DNA of 64,000 bases from positions 12,524,001 through 12,588,000 of the forward strand of contig OX597821.1 of assembly GCA_951406725.2 (NCBI GenBank), written 5' to 3'. The notes beneath the pieces were generated by a model. It saw only the letters and a program-made list of their open reading frames with translations, did no database searches and was not told where the DNA came from. Below are positions 27,600 through 41,849 of the stretch, one piece after another (positions within the stretch are counted from its first letter, which is position 1; every line of letters starts with the position of its first letter). The DNA is from Octopus vulgaris. Lineage: Eukaryota. The position numbers were made by a program, and so were the translations under genes.

Positions 27600-28440
27600 G
27601 ATTTGAAGGATGCTAGGGAAGGGTAGTGCCAGTTGGGCAAACAATGAAAGCAGATGAGAAAACACATTGGTATAAGTATTTGGGAATACGGGATGTAGAC
27701 GAAATAAAACATGAAAAGATGAAATCAAGCAAATTACAAGCAAGAAGTATACAAAGAGAATGAGAAAAATATTATTAATTTCGAAGTCGAATTCAAAGAC
27801 AAGCTATTCAAGCAGTGCCGGTAATCAAATATGGAACTGGAATTGTAGATTGAAGTAAAAGCAACATACAGAAACTTGACAGAAAAACTAGAAAGCTGTT
27901 GACAATGTATGGACCCAGCCATCCAAAAGCTGATATTAAATGGCTGTACTTGAAGAGAGAAACCGGACGTGACTGAACTTCTGCTTGTATTGATGAAATG
28001 AAAATGCCAACTAGAATATTTACAGAGAAACACAGAAAAGTTACTTAAGTCAGTGAATAAAGAAGAAGTCATCGATTGTGGAATAGGAGAAGAAGGCAAG
28101 AATGAAGTTCGAAGTGAGCATGTTATACAAGTTGAAGGGAAACATTTGTTTGGCCAATTTTGCATGCAGTGAGGATACATGTAAAACAAAAATCTAGGTT
28201 TGGTTGAAAAAAGGGCAGTAGAAAAAAGAAACAGAGAACCTTATTTTAGCAGCTCACACAACTTGAGAAAATCTGTGTATGTTGAGAGGTAAGCAAAATG
28301 TAAGCTGTGTTGAATTTAGGATGAACCAGTGACGCACACTGTCCCACGTTGTCCCAGGGAGCTTATGAGAAATAGATGCATGATCAAGTTGTGTTAGTTT
28401 CACGTCGGAAAGTTTGATATAAATAAAGGTTCGAAGCCGA
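27600..28440 (+). mobile_element. Highly degraded R4/Dong-type LINE ORF fragment
   Basis: YKYLG; QKLDRKTRKLLTMYGPSHPKADIKWLYLKR; WLKKG..KKETENLILAA. Confidence 0.75.
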
Positions 28441-28570
28441 AATTAAATTTCGGCAGGTAAGCCACCAAATATCCTCAACCCCATATACATATATATCATA
28501 CACATATATGAAAACTATTTATAGAAGTAAATATATAATATACATACATTTATATATATATATTATTATT

Positions 28571-28647
<77 letters not shown>

Positions 28648-28883
28648 TACTACTACTTCTACTACCAGCTGCCCACTACCTAGAACTCACATGAACAATA
28701 GAGACAGAAAGAGAGAGAAAAATGGAAAATGTCCCTTGCATTTGAAAACAATACTGTGGAAATATTTTAAAAAGCATTTCATTTAATTTTTCATGCTTTA
28801 CTCTAAGTTGAAAGAGTCGTAAAGGCTGAAACCGGTATTAAAATGTTCTTATTTTAGCATTTTCTACCTTGACTTATTTTCCT

Positions 28884-28992
<109 letters not shown>

Positions 28993-29029
28993 GGGGAGGG
29001 GATAGTGAAAGAGTGAGAGGGAGAGAGGA

Positions 29030-29345
29030 GACCTCTCTCGGTCATGAATGACCATGGGATTGCACCTAGAAATTTACTCTCCGAGGAACAAGTCCGGGCA
29101 AGGTTATTTGTGGAAGACCAGCAGTCGCCCATGCATACCGGCCACACCACCAGTGTTATCCAAGGGAAAGGCAACGGTCGATACAGCTTGGTACCTGCGA
29201 TGACGCGACTCATTTCTACAGCTGAGTGAACTGGAGCAACATGAAATAAAGTGTCTTGCTCTAGAACACAACACGAAGCCCGGAATCGAACTAACAACCT
29301 CATGATCGTAAACTCGACGCTCTAACCACTGAGCAATGCGCCTTC
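29030..29345 (-). mobile_element. tRNA-derived SINE, family D (Meta/CORE-like central domain)
   Basis: Head ggcgcattgctcagtggttagagcg...gttcgattccggg, then tgttgtgttctagagcaagacactt...cactcagctgtagaaatgagt. Confidence 0.7.
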
Positions 29346-30439
29346 ACACGCGCACACAAATACACACACACGCATACATACACACACACATACACACACA
29401 CACACATATATATATATATATGTACATGTGCATGTATGTAGGTGTTCTGTATGAGTGTGTGTCGTGCACTTATGCGTACGGGTATGTAGAATTTGTGAAT
29501 GTATATACATATATTTACATAAATATATTTATATCTATTCATTCACGCACACACATAAATATATATATTGGGACAGTTAAAGGAATGGTATGCAAATTGG
29601 CGTATCAGACTTGCTCTCGTATGGGATTTGGTATATCTTACATTTAGCTGTTTGTGGCATCTAAAATCAAGATAATTTGTTTCTTACGCATAAAATGTTT
29701 GAACTTCCGATCGATTTATAATAGGCCTACTTTCTATCTGTAGAGCTTTACTGATTATCTAAAACAAAAATTCTGCTGCATTTTCTCATCATATTTTCCC
29801 TTTAGTGTATCTTTAAAATTCTATTGTACATTTTTATGTTTTAAACTTTTTTCTTAAATTAACCTTTCTTTAGTGTGTTTAATTGTCAGTTTCATTTTCA
29901 TCTTTCCTGTTAGGTAAAGATATGTCTCCCACGTTCTCATCGTTCCTCATTATGCAAATAAGATTTGCTTTTCTGTAGTCCATCTATAGTTGTGCTTTTG
30001 TTATCTTATATTAGTTTACTTTTTGGTCATAAATCATTCTTATAGTGTACAGCTTAGATATAATTCATCCATTTCATCTTTTAGGAGTTAGTTTCGGAAT
30101 GCTATTAATATTACCCTTGAGGTTTCATTTGGTTTGCTTTCTCTTTTTCTTCAGATTATTGTACTGAAGATGTACTTTATCCTTTGAAAGGCTAGTATAT
30201 TTATATCCAATAACTTATTTCAACGATTTGCTTTAGCCTTTAGCTTTAACAATGTCGCATGTGTGGTAATCTGTCATCAGTTTTGCATAAATATCCATGT
30301 TGCATGTAGTAATCATCATCATCATCACGATGTTTGCATGATTGGTAGTTGTCTAATTTAATGATCTCATTTTTTATTCCCCTTTTTTTATTGGTTAATT
30401 TATCTTTTTCGGTAATGCATTTTTAGGTTTCAGTTAAAT

Positions 30440-31140
30440 TTGTACCCCAGTTTTCCTCTCATAACCTATAATGAGGGACTACTTTGGCAATAAATATTCA
30501 GTCATAAATTTCCATCGGCTGATTAAATTAGACTAATTAAGACCAAAATGTGGTTAGAGAATATGGAACAAAAGATTATAACAGAAGCAAGAAAGTTACT
30601 GCATGGGACTAGTGCGGAAGAAATGCCTATAAAACAGGAGATTCTGCAAAACTGGGAAACGAAGAGACGGTATGTACAATTTATGAAAAACATTGATCAA
30701 CATCTAACTAAAGAGTCCGGAAAATTAGATTAGAACTACCTGCTCTGCGCAACAAAATTTTGGAAATAACGCTCCTTGAATGAAGGAAAGAGTTATCATC
30801 ATTGAAGACATCTGATAGAGAAAATCTGATATTCGAATTCAGGAGAACGAATGAAGTTGTCATGGAAATTCCATTTTTGGATATCACCCTGGCACTATGA
30901 AGTGCAAGAAGAATTCAGAGACATGGAGATACAAAGAGACATTGTCACCACGTTGGAGGATATCCAGACCGGAGTTGGTAAGATGAGAATTTAGAAGGCA
31001 CCTGCCCCGGACCTAGCTCAGAGATTTTAGTTGAAGGTTTTGACTAATTTGCATCCTAAACTACAAACCTTCAGGTACGGCTGTGTACACCAAGTTATTC
31101 TTCCAGAATTGATGGTCAAAAGAAGAACTATGTTGATTCA
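30440..31140 (+). mobile_element. Degraded R4/Dong-type LINE, pre-RT region
   Basis: Remnants such as *KAPAPDLAQRF*LKVLTNLHP (cf. WKAPGPD..F.LK..T.LH) and PELMVKRRTMLI. Confidence 0.5.
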
Positions 31141-31326
31141 TGTTTTTGATTTTCACTTTGACCATTTCATCTATGTTGTCATCTGAGTTCAGTGTAGTTT
31201 GTTTTGTATTTTATCGCCTCCTTGTGTATAGAGAGAAGCGCTTTTTTTTTCTCGCATTGCTAAATTAAATGTAATAGTCTTCCGCTTTTTGTTTCCAGTT
31301 ATTTTCTTTTTATCACAGGTTTTGTC

Positions 31327-31413
31327 GGAGCTCCTGGAGTTTTGCATACTGAGCGAGCTTGCTACTTGCTGCCTATTGTACCATGCTATTCTTTTTTGTT
31401 AGCTATCTCATAC

Positions 31414-31487
<74 letters not shown>

Positions 31488-31543
31488 TACTATTATTATT
31501 ATTATTACTATTATTATTATTGTTATTGTTGTTGTTGTTGTTG

Positions 31544-31596
<53 letters not shown>

Positions 31597-31682
31597 GAGC
31601 TCCTGGAGTTTTGCATACTGAGCGAGCTTGCTACTTGCTGCCTATTGTACCATGCTATTCTTTTTTGTTAGCTATCTCATAC

Positions 31683-31756
<74 letters not shown>

Positions 31757-31812
31757 TACTATTATTATTATTATTACTATTATTATTATTGTTATTGTTG
31801 TTGTTGTTGTTA

Positions 31813-31857
<45 letters not shown>

Positions 31858-33171
31858 TTTTATTATTATTATAAATGTCGCGCAGTGTACAATATCGTGA
31901 TGTTATTGATTGAAAATATTGTGTCTACCGTGGGTTTGTACTGCCTGTCACATCACAAGGATTTCAGACAGACAGTATTTTATTCAATATGCGTGCAATT
32001 CCAAGTAATACTGATTTTGCAATACATCTAGATTATAGGTTATCTCTAAGGTATTCAGACGTTTTTTGTTTCCAGAATGGGTGATATTTTACCCAATTCT
32101 CCGATGACATTAAGGATAACCTTTATGTTCGACTCTGGTAGCTGCCATATCTTAGCGATCTCAATTATCAAGTCACCATATTTATCAACTTTTTCTCTTT
32201 CCTTCATGATGATATGTTGATCTCCTGGCACTGCTACGTCGATTATTAGGCACTCTTGTTTGTCCATCCGAAATGTTACTATATCCGGACTTCGATTCTC
32301 TAACACTATGTCTGTCTAGAAATCAAAGTCCCAGAGGATTTTTGCCTACCTCTTTTCGTCCAGCACCTTTTCTGGTGTATGTTAGTACCAAGCATCCATA
32401 GCCTCATATCCATACGACATTGTAGCCAGTTGAGGTTTTCGGCCACTTTGTCATGTCTACGCTTGTACTCTTTCTGCGCAAGACTTTCACAAGCACTAAC
32501 AATGTGATCACACTTTCCGCCCTCTTCCCACACATTCAGAGGAGGTCCGATACACTTGTGTGGTATATATTCTTTTTCACCGAGTTGGTATTCAATGCCT
32601 GGTCCTGGGCCGCAATGATTAGGCTTTCAGTATTCTTTTTTAGGCCACACTTCTTTAGCCACTTCCATGATCCTTCCTGCTTTTTAATTTGTTTGTTTCA
32701 TGGTCGAACTTATCGTGTAATTCTATACGAAGTTGGGTTTCTTCTCTCTCGTTGGCTGTTCTTGTTCGAAATTCATGAGATTATTATTATTATTATTATT
32801 ATATTTTTATTATTATTATAAATGTCGCGCAGTGTACAATATCGTGATGTTATTGATTGAAAATATTGTGTCTACCGTGGGTTTGTACTGCCTGTCACAT
32901 CTCAAGGATTTCAGACAGACAGTATTTTATTCAATATGTGCAATTCCAAGTAATACTGATTTTGCAATACATCTAGATTATAGGTTATCTCTAAGGTATT
33001 CAGACGTTTTTTGTTTCCAGAATGGGTGATATTTTACCCAATTCTCCGATGACATTAAGGATAACCTTTATGTTCGACTCTGGTAGCTGCCATATCTTAG
33101 CGATCTCAATTATCAAGTCACCATATTTATCAACTTTTTCTCTTTCCTTCATGATGATATGTTGATCTCCT
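31327..33171 (-). mobile_element. R4/Dong-type LINE 3' portion with internal duplications
   Basis: HIVSACESLAQKEYKRRHDKVA; RSPDIV..CLIIDVAVPGD..KEREKVDKYGDL; 31327-31596 repeated at 31597-31870; 31853-32225 repeated at 32801-33171. Confidence 0.85.
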
Positions 33172-33444
33172 ATGCGTTACGTTGTGAGTTCAAATTCCGC
33201 CGAGGTCCACTTTGCCTTTCATCCTTTTGGGGTCGATAAATTAAGTACAAGTTACGCACTGGGGTCGATGTAATCGACTTAATACCTATGTCTGTCCTTG
33301 TTTGTCCCCTCTGTGTTTAGTCCCTATTGGGTAATAAAGAAAAAGGTATTTCGTATGCCACTGTGTTCTGATTTCTAATTTCACCGAGTTCGACTTTGTT
33401 TTTCATCGTTTCGAAGTCGATTAATTACGTACCAGTAAAAAGGA

Positions 33445-33445
<1 letters not shown>
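33172..33445 (+). mobile_element. SINE family B, truncated duplicated form
   Basis: gcctttcatccttttggggtcgataaattaagtac core plus the shared spacer. Confidence 0.75.
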
Positions 33446-33523
<78 letters not shown>

Positions 33524-33531
33524 CATTATTA

Positions 33532-33620
<89 letters not shown>

Positions 33621-34135
33621 ATGAGAGATCAATGCATGCCATCAAGTTGACACTAGGGTAAAATATACGAAGAGTAGTATACCAATTTTGACTACCCGTC
33701 TAAGAAGAGTACACCGGGCACGATAACCACATGTGCCCGATATTATGATCTCATATCAAGATAAACATTGCATGAGATTGCAGGGAGGTACAGCAGTTAG
33801 AAATTTCTTCAGATTGAGTAGCCCATCCCGCTCGAAAGAAATTTGAAAGAAACACCCATGTTTCCAAACTTGAATTATCCAATCCCCAAAGAATGCATCT
33901 TTACACAAAGCTATTATGCTCCCCAACAACTTCTGCTCGTAATCAGAGATGCACTTGTCATCAGCCACTAAGAGATATGCTCAACTGGTTAAAGTGAAAC
34001 AACTGACAAGCTAATCTGTGGTATTGAGCAGAATGTTTGATGTAGCCCATCTTTTGTACCAACACAAAACAATATACCTAACACTTCCATTACGATCAGA
34101 AACCATGAGAGCCACTGCATAGTACTGCATCAATG
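33621..34135. repeat. Unclassified non-coding dispersed repeat inside (TTA)n, copy 2
   Basis: Colinear with 21457-22008; both ends abut TTA arrays. Confidence 0.85.
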
Positions 34136-34188
34136 TATTATTATTATTATTATTATCATTATTATTATTAATATCATTATTATTATCA

Positions 34189-34219
<31 letters not shown>

Positions 34220-34237
34220 TATTATTATTATTATTAC

Positions 34238-34316
<79 letters not shown>

Positions 34317-34337
34317 CATCATTATTATTATTATTAT

Positions 34338-36192
34338 TCGGTAGTTTTATTTTTATAGCGTGCTTTCACTTCACAACCGAGCGCAGCTCTGTGTGCCTTG
34401 GGTATGTGTTGTGATTTGTTGTGATGCTCTGATGGTTATTGTATGGAAAGTGTTCTGCGTAGGATGTGTGCATTGCCTAGTAGTGCAATTTTCTGTATGT
34501 TATATGTGTTTGTAAGTCCTGGTGTTTTTGTTATGTATTTGTCTGAATATTTTTTTATCATGCCTAATGCACCTACTATGATAGGAATTGTTTCTGTTTT
34601 CAGATTCCACATTCTGGTTACCTCTATTTCCAGGTCTTTGTATTTTGAGAGTTTCTCCATTTCTTTTAGAGACACGTTGTCATCTGCCGGTATTGATACA
34701 TCAATTAGAAAGCATTTTTTTCTTCATGATCTCTGACAACTATATCTGGCCTGTTGGCCTTAATTTCTCTATCTGTGTGTATCGGCATATCCCAGCGTAT
34801 GGTTGCTTTCTCGTTTTCTGTGACCTTTTCTGGTGTGTGCCTATACCATCTTTTTTCTGTTGTTATTCCATAATGTTGGCATAGCTTCCAATGTATGTAG
34901 GTTCCAACTCTGTCATGCCTGTGAATATATTCCTTCTTAGCCACGACTAGGCAGCTAGAGAAAATATGATTTATTGTTTCTTGTCCGTCTCCACATATTA
35001 CTTGTTATATTTCCCTTTCCTTACATGTTTTTGGTAATTTCTGGTGGGGAGGCTTTGGTCTTGTGCTGCAATTAAAAATCCCTCTGTTTGTGCTTTGAGT
35101 CCTGAGCTTCTCAACCATTGCTGGGATTTTTCTTTGTCTATTTCTTTTGCGTTTAGTTTAGTCCAGTATTTACCATGAAGGGGCTTTTCTTGCCATCGTT
35201 TTATCATGGTTCGTTGCTGTTCTATTTTTAGTTTGGATTTCACTTGTTTTATAGCTTTTGTTGTTTCTTCTTCTTCTTCTTCTTCTTCTTCTTCTTCTTC
35301 TTCTTCTTCTTCTTCTTCTCCTCCTCCTTCTTCTTCTTCTTCTTCTTCTTCTTCTTCTTCTTCTTCTTCCTATTTATTAGGTGGTATGATTTCTTGTTTG
35401 TATTTGTCAGCTTCCTTAAATACCGAGAACAGTTTTTTGTTTTGCTCGTGTTTTGCCGCTATTTGTATCAGTTTTCCTTCCATCTGAAGTAGATATTTTT
35501 GCAGTCCTATGGTGGTTATTTTATAGTAGTTTTCCAGTTGTATAAGGCCTCTACCACCTTCTATACGTTGTATATATAGTCTTTCTATGTCAGATTTTGG
35601 GTGATGCATCCTAGATCCTGTCATTATTTTTCTTGTTTTCCTATCTATTTTGGTCAGTTCATTTCGTGTCCAGTTAAGGATATTGTAGCTGTAACTTATA
35701 ACTGGGACAGCTAAAGTGTTAATACCTATTATCTTGTTTTTAGCATTGAGCTCTGTTTTTAGTATTGATCTAACTCGTCTATAATATTTTTTTTATTTTC
35801 TCTTTCATTTGTGTGTGTTGTATCATATCTAGTTCATGGATTCCTAAGTATTTGTAAGTTTGGCTTTGGTCTAATTCTTTTATTTCATTGGTTTTATCTA
35901 GTGTGATGCTGTTACTCTTAACTAGTTTTCATCTTTTCATGGTTACTTTGGCGCATTTTTCTAATCCAAATTTCATATCTATTTCTTTGGTAAATCCATG
36001 AACTGTCTTTAATAGTTTTTCCAGCTGTTTGTCATTTGCAGCGTATAGTTTTAGGTCATCCATATATAAAAGGTGGCTGATCGTTTTGCCGTAACATTTA
36101 TATCCGCATCCAGTTCTATTTAGCATATCAGATAGAGGTGACAGTGCCAAGCAGAAAAGGAGTGGAGAGAGCGTGTCTCCCTGGAATATTCC

Positions 36193-36193
<1 letters not shown>
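34338..36193 (-). mobile_element. 5'-truncated R4/Dong-type LINE (RT C-half, Zn knuckle, RLE), bounded by (TAA)n on both sides
   Basis: GIFQGDTLSPLLF, HLLYMDDLKLY, FGLEKC, GGRGL, EGFLIAAQDQ, YIHRHDRVG, RPDIVV, KLSKYKDLEIEV...IQKIALLG; several frameshifts and stops. Confidence 0.93.
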
Positions 36194-36270
<77 letters not shown>

Positions 36271-36280
36271 CATTATTATT

Positions 36281-36440
36281 ATATGTTTAACTTTTGCTTT
36301 ATGTCTGTACAAGTTGGCCCCAAGTCTCACCCAGAGACCTCAAGAGATAACAGGTTGGAAGTTCACGTTGTTGTTATGTCTAGTGTGCCATATATTTGTT
36401 TTGTTTTTGGTGTTGTACTAGTGAATGTCTAATACATAAA
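36281..36440 (-). mobile_element. R4/Dong-type 3'UTR-only fragment at (TAA)n
   Basis: Matches 58700-58860 and the reverse complement of about 1000-1152. Confidence 0.75.
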
Positions 36441-36513
36441 AAAAAATTCTCCAGCAACCACACTCTGAATGTTCCAGTGGTTCAAGGATGAGGGAACGAA
36501 ATTATTATTATTA

Positions 36514-36627
<114 letters not shown>

Positions 36628-36636
36628 ATGTTATTA

Positions 36637-36830
36637 AGATGGCAAACTTGTAGGGCCGTTAACAGCCGGGCAAAATTCTTAGGGGTGTGTCGTCTGTCGC
36701 TATGTTCTGACTCCAAATGCCACCGAGGTCGACTTTGCGTTTCATCAATTTGGGGTCGATAAATTAAGTCCCAGTGAATGTGTTCTACGTAGTCCCTCCC
36801 AATATATTTCAGACCTTGTGCCTCTACAAT
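36637..36830 (+). mobile_element. SINE family B monomer (further diverged copies at about 37535-37720 and 38170-38360)
   Basis: ccgaggtcgactttgcgtttcatc...ggggtcgataaattaagt. Confidence 0.7.
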
Positions 36831-36898
36831 AAATTATTATTATTATTAATATTATTATTATTATTATTATTATTATCATTATTATTATTATTACTAGC

Positions 36899-36944
<46 letters not shown>

Positions 36945-37348
36945 ACAGCAGTATTAAAGCTGTGAGCTGAAAGAATCGAGAGCAGTACTCTTCTATTTCC
37001 TGTCTGTAATAGCAAAAAGCTAATAGTAAAATATTTAAAAGAATATTTAATGAAAGAAGTCATTACATTTGAAGGGTTAACATTTGGCAAATATTAGCTA
37101 GAATCAAAGTGGAATTTAAGACAAAAAGTTTTGTCAGAAGATTAACCTTTCGGTCAATGCTCTTACTTGAGATCATTTAATATTCCAGCTTATCTATTTT
37201 TAAAGCTGTGTCGATTTTTCTGCCATGTCAATACTCCCAATATAGTGACATGAGTACATACGCCATTTTTATCCTTATAGTTGTTGTTGCGTTTGTGTTT
37301 ATTATTATTATAGTTATTATTATAGTTATTATTATTATTATTATTATA

Positions 37349-37418
<70 letters not shown>

Positions 37419-37799
37419 TATATTCTTCTTCTTCTTCTTCTTCTTCTTCTTATTATTATTATTATTATTATTCTTCTTCTTCTTATTATTATTATTATTA
37501 TTATTGTTGTTGTTGTTGTTGTTTTCACCATCATGAAAGGAGCAAGCTGCCAGAATTGTTAGCACATTGGAAGTAATGCTTAGCGTTAGTTCGCCCGTCG
37601 CCTCATTCTGGGTTCAAACTCCGCCGAGGTCGATTTTGCCCTTCATCCTTTCTGCATCGATCAATTAAGCACCAATGACATAGTGCTGTGGATGGATTCG
37701 TCTACTCCCCCTCCCCCTTAATTTCATTATTATCAGGAATATTATGGGTTTTATTATCATTTTTAGAATTTGCGTTATTTTGGTTGCTGTTATTCCTAG

Positions 37800-38145
37800 T
37801 GGAGGCGCACTGGCCCAGGCGGTTAGGGTAGTGGACTCGCGGTCGTAGGATTGCGGTTTCGAATCCCAGACCGGGCATTGTGCCACGCGGCTCCGGCAGG
37901 GATGGTGGTGAACCCTGCTGTACTCTCTCACCACAATTTTCTCTCACTCTTTCTTCCTGTTTCTGTTGTACCTGTATTTCAAAGGGCCAGCCTTGTCACA
38001 CTCTTTGTCACGCTGAATCTACCCGAGAGCTACGTTAATGGTACACGTGTCTGTGGAGTGCATAGCCACCTCCACGTTAATTTCACGAGCAGGCTGTCCG
38101 TTGATCGGATCAACTGGAAGCCTCGTCGTCGTAACCGACAAAGCG
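37800..38145 (+). mobile_element. tRNA-derived SINE, family C
   Basis: Head ggaggcgcactggcccaggcggttagggtagtggactcgcggtcg...ggtttcgaatccc; body shared with 46765-47145. Confidence 0.85.
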
Positions 38146-40169
38146 CCATTATTACTATTGACATTTGCTTTTGGTAGAATCGTTTCCGCGTCGGACAAAC
38201 TGCTAAGTGGAACTTTTTCCTACTCTACTTTCTGATTTCAAATTCTACTGGGATTTACTTTTGCTTTCATTATTTCGTTGTCGATTAAATAAATACCAGT
38301 TCAGCACTGGGATTCGATGCATCCAGTCAACTTGTTGGTCTTGTGCTAAACATTTGAGACCAATATTACTATTGTTATATTGCTATAATTACTGCCATCA
38401 TTAAGTGGACTCGCCACAAATTAGATTTAATCCAATTATTGAAGCGTATAGAAATTTTTTTCTCTTTTTTGTGAATTTAATGGACGATGTTAAATTATGG
38501 CTATTTTCGTAAATATTCAACGAGAAACTGCAAGCAGCCTGTTCAGTAATTCTTTTGAATAAACGTTTTCTAAAAAGTAAAATATTTCCAGAAATATGTT
38601 CCCTTCATAATAAGATTGGAGCGTACTGTAATTTTTTGACTGCATCCTAAATGCACAAACATAAATATGTTAGCCCCTAGATGTAAATAAAAATGCATGG
38701 ATGGTAAAATGTCTAGTAGGTGAAAACAAGAAAAATGAAACAATGAGTTTATGGGTAAATGAGAGAAGATCAGTTTGATACTACGTGAGCAGAGCCTAAA
38801 GAATACAAGTGTCTACGTAACTCTTACGCTCACACAAGCCAATTCAATGAGAAGGTAATGCAAATGATTGGATAGCCAACTAATTATCGACAGATATACA
38901 TTTACTTACTTTTACTATTTACCACTAATAAAGCATTAGAAGAGGTTAAGCAATTACCTTACACGATACACAAGCACAAACTCACACGCACACACGTACA
39001 TTCAAAAATACACACCCACATATACACACATATATATATGTATATTTGTGTGTTTGTGTTTGTGCGTGCGGTGTGTGTGAATGTGTGTTTGTGTGTGTAC
39101 ACGCACACATTATGCCAATCTAAGACGAAAATAATTTATTGTAGATCTAAAATATTTCATTGCAAATACTCACTGTCCAGTATACTCCATTAATCTTGTA
39201 TACCCCATCAATAAACATCTCTAGAAATGCGAACGCATTCAATTGTCTCTAGCATCATAATGATGAACCAAGATCAGTTGCATCTTTATTTAAGGATCTT
39301 AGGAAAAAAATCATATTTTTAAATGTCGGGATGGATTCTCATTTTTTTGCCAAATAACCACACGCACAATATATATTCGTTCTTCACATCAGCTTTATTA
39401 TTATTCTTATTTCTTTCTTTCAAATCTTTTGTCATATGTCGTGCGACCTCGTCAGCGACTCACCATCACATGCTCTCCTGTTCTGTTTAGTCCATTCTCT
39501 TTAGTGCATTTATTCCATGTAATTTCAGACAAATGACGCTAAAACAAGAATCATAATAAAACTCATGTGAAGAATGAGTATATCCTGCGTGTGGTTGTTT
39601 GTCGAAAATTAAAAAAGAATGACCATCCTGAAATATAACAATATCTTTTTCAGCACACGATTTCTCATCAGGAATCTTACAAAGCAAATACATATACATA
39701 AAGTTTTATATTCATGTTCATAAATGTGTCGCATAAAAAAAACAAAAAAACTATATTCTATGATCACATCTAATACACCAAGATTTCCATGAAAAATCGA
39801 GACTTAGGATTTTAAAAGACAAAATTATATTTCTATGGTGTCTACCACCGTTAGTTTTCAAATTTACAAATTCCTATAATTTCAATGAGTTATTGTATTT
39901 ATCTACAACGCGTATACGGAACTGGAACTACAAAAAATAAAATAGCCTTAGTGTCAAGAGAATAAATTCAAAATTTTATTCAAGAATATGCAAACAATGC
40001 TTTATGAAATATCGAGTGCAAATATAAAAATTGATATTTGGTTAGATTAATGCTGTAAAATATAATAGAACATATAATCACTTGCCAAGTTATTGATTTT
40101 CAAAATACACACAAATGTGAACCCCCCACATTCATGAAAATAGAGACTTATACATTTATACGATATATA

Positions 40170-40330
40170 TATGAGTGACTGTGTGGTAAGTAGCTTGCTT
40201 ACAAACCACATGGTCCCGGGTTCAGTCCCAGCGCGTGACACCTTCGGCAAGTGTCATCTACTATAACCTCGGGCCAACCAAAGCCTTGTGACTGGATTTG
40301 GTAGACGGAAACTGAAAGAAGCCCGTCGTA
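40170..40330 (+). mobile_element. SINE family A 5' half ending in (TA)n
   Basis: tgtgtggtaagtagcttgctt...gggttcagtccc...aaagaagcccgtcg. Confidence 0.8.
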
Positions 40331-41849
40331 TATATGTATATATATATGTCTATATATATATATATATGTCTGTATGTATATATATATATATATACATATA
40401 CAAAGATGTATAGATATACATACTTACATACATACAAATATATAAATACTCACACACACACATATATGTGCATGTGAGTGAGAGTTTGTGCGTTGAATAG
40501 ATACATACATCGCATTATAATATATAATATTTTCATTTATTTATATTATTCGATGGAACAAAAGCACCCTCCTAGAAACGACATATAAACGGAGTTATGT
40601 AAAAGAATTGAGATGCCTTGAGATATGCAACGAATATCAGAAAACAACAAGTTTGACCCATTGGCTGTTTTGAATCAAACTTACACCTGAGGCTTTACTG
40701 TTATCCAGAATGTAATAAACTTCATTAGTTATTCAAATTCTTCACGATTATTCAGTCTATACACTAGAGGATACATAGTGTTTACGCATGATTTTATTAA
40801 ATATGTTAGTAATAACGATAAAACCAAAATATAGAAAAATTTAAAATGTTTTGCTACCATCCCCTGCTTAAAATTCTATACATAAAGCTTAAACTCCCAA
40901 TAGAATTGTAGAAGTAACATTTACGGTGTGGTCGCTTGCGTAAGTTGTTAATCAAGCCATAAAATTAAATTTAGAACCTCTAACAAGTATTTGGGTGATC
41001 ATTTTCTCAAAATCCATCAGAAATATTTCAAATGGAATTTTTCAAATTCCTCTGAATATTGAAACAAATCTTTTGTTTATATATAAAGTGAGCAACACAT
41101 TTTGATAAAATTTGAAAAAGAAAATTTGAAGGAAAAGTAAATTTAGTAAACAGCGAATTCCTCGGAAATTTAATACATTTCATCCCTAATAAAATACAGA
41201 ATGTAGGAGAACGCGAGTTTGATCTTTTGACAAAGATGTTAAATCTGCATATACATTTGGTCTTACCGAAGCATAGCTTAACTATTAGTATTAGATGTGC
41301 GAATGACTGAAGATGATATAGGGCTGTCATAAGTCTCAGCTGTGATTGTTAAAAACTACACTGTCAGAATCTTGGCAAACATATGCCAGCTGCGGTTTCA
41401 TTTCTTTACTCCCAACGATATTCTATTATTCTGGTGTCCTTTCCCAACTGTGAAACAGAACTCAATTTAGATAATTTAGAACTGACTTACGTAATGGGAA
41501 TGTATCCTTTTGTCTTTTATCATGTATCAGTTTCAGTCAATAGACTGCGGTGAAGCTTCGGCACCGCGTTGAAGAAATTTTAGTTAAATTCAGTTACTAC
41601 CGTATTTGTTCCATTTTCAAGACTGGTACTTAATTTATCGGTTTCTTTTTATCGAATCGCTAGTCTAAGTGGACGTAAACAACGAAACACTGGTCGTCAA
41701 GTTCTGATGGGAAACAAATACAGACACAAAGACGCACACACACAAGCACACACAAGACCTCCAATCATGCACACACGCACACACAAACACACACACATAC
41801 ATATAGTGGCTGCTTTCTCGTATACGAGCAAAGCCATTGCTAGAATGAA

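Noticed and set aside
29600-30300. Possible decayed PLE endonuclease on the minus strand (also 13030-13460 on plus)
   Set aside because: Only vague motif echoes; needs a profile search
37800-37875. tRNA genes at SINE heads (also about 47070-47145, 60598-60670, 29270-29345)
   Set aside because: Imperfect cloverleaf continuing into shared SINE bodies
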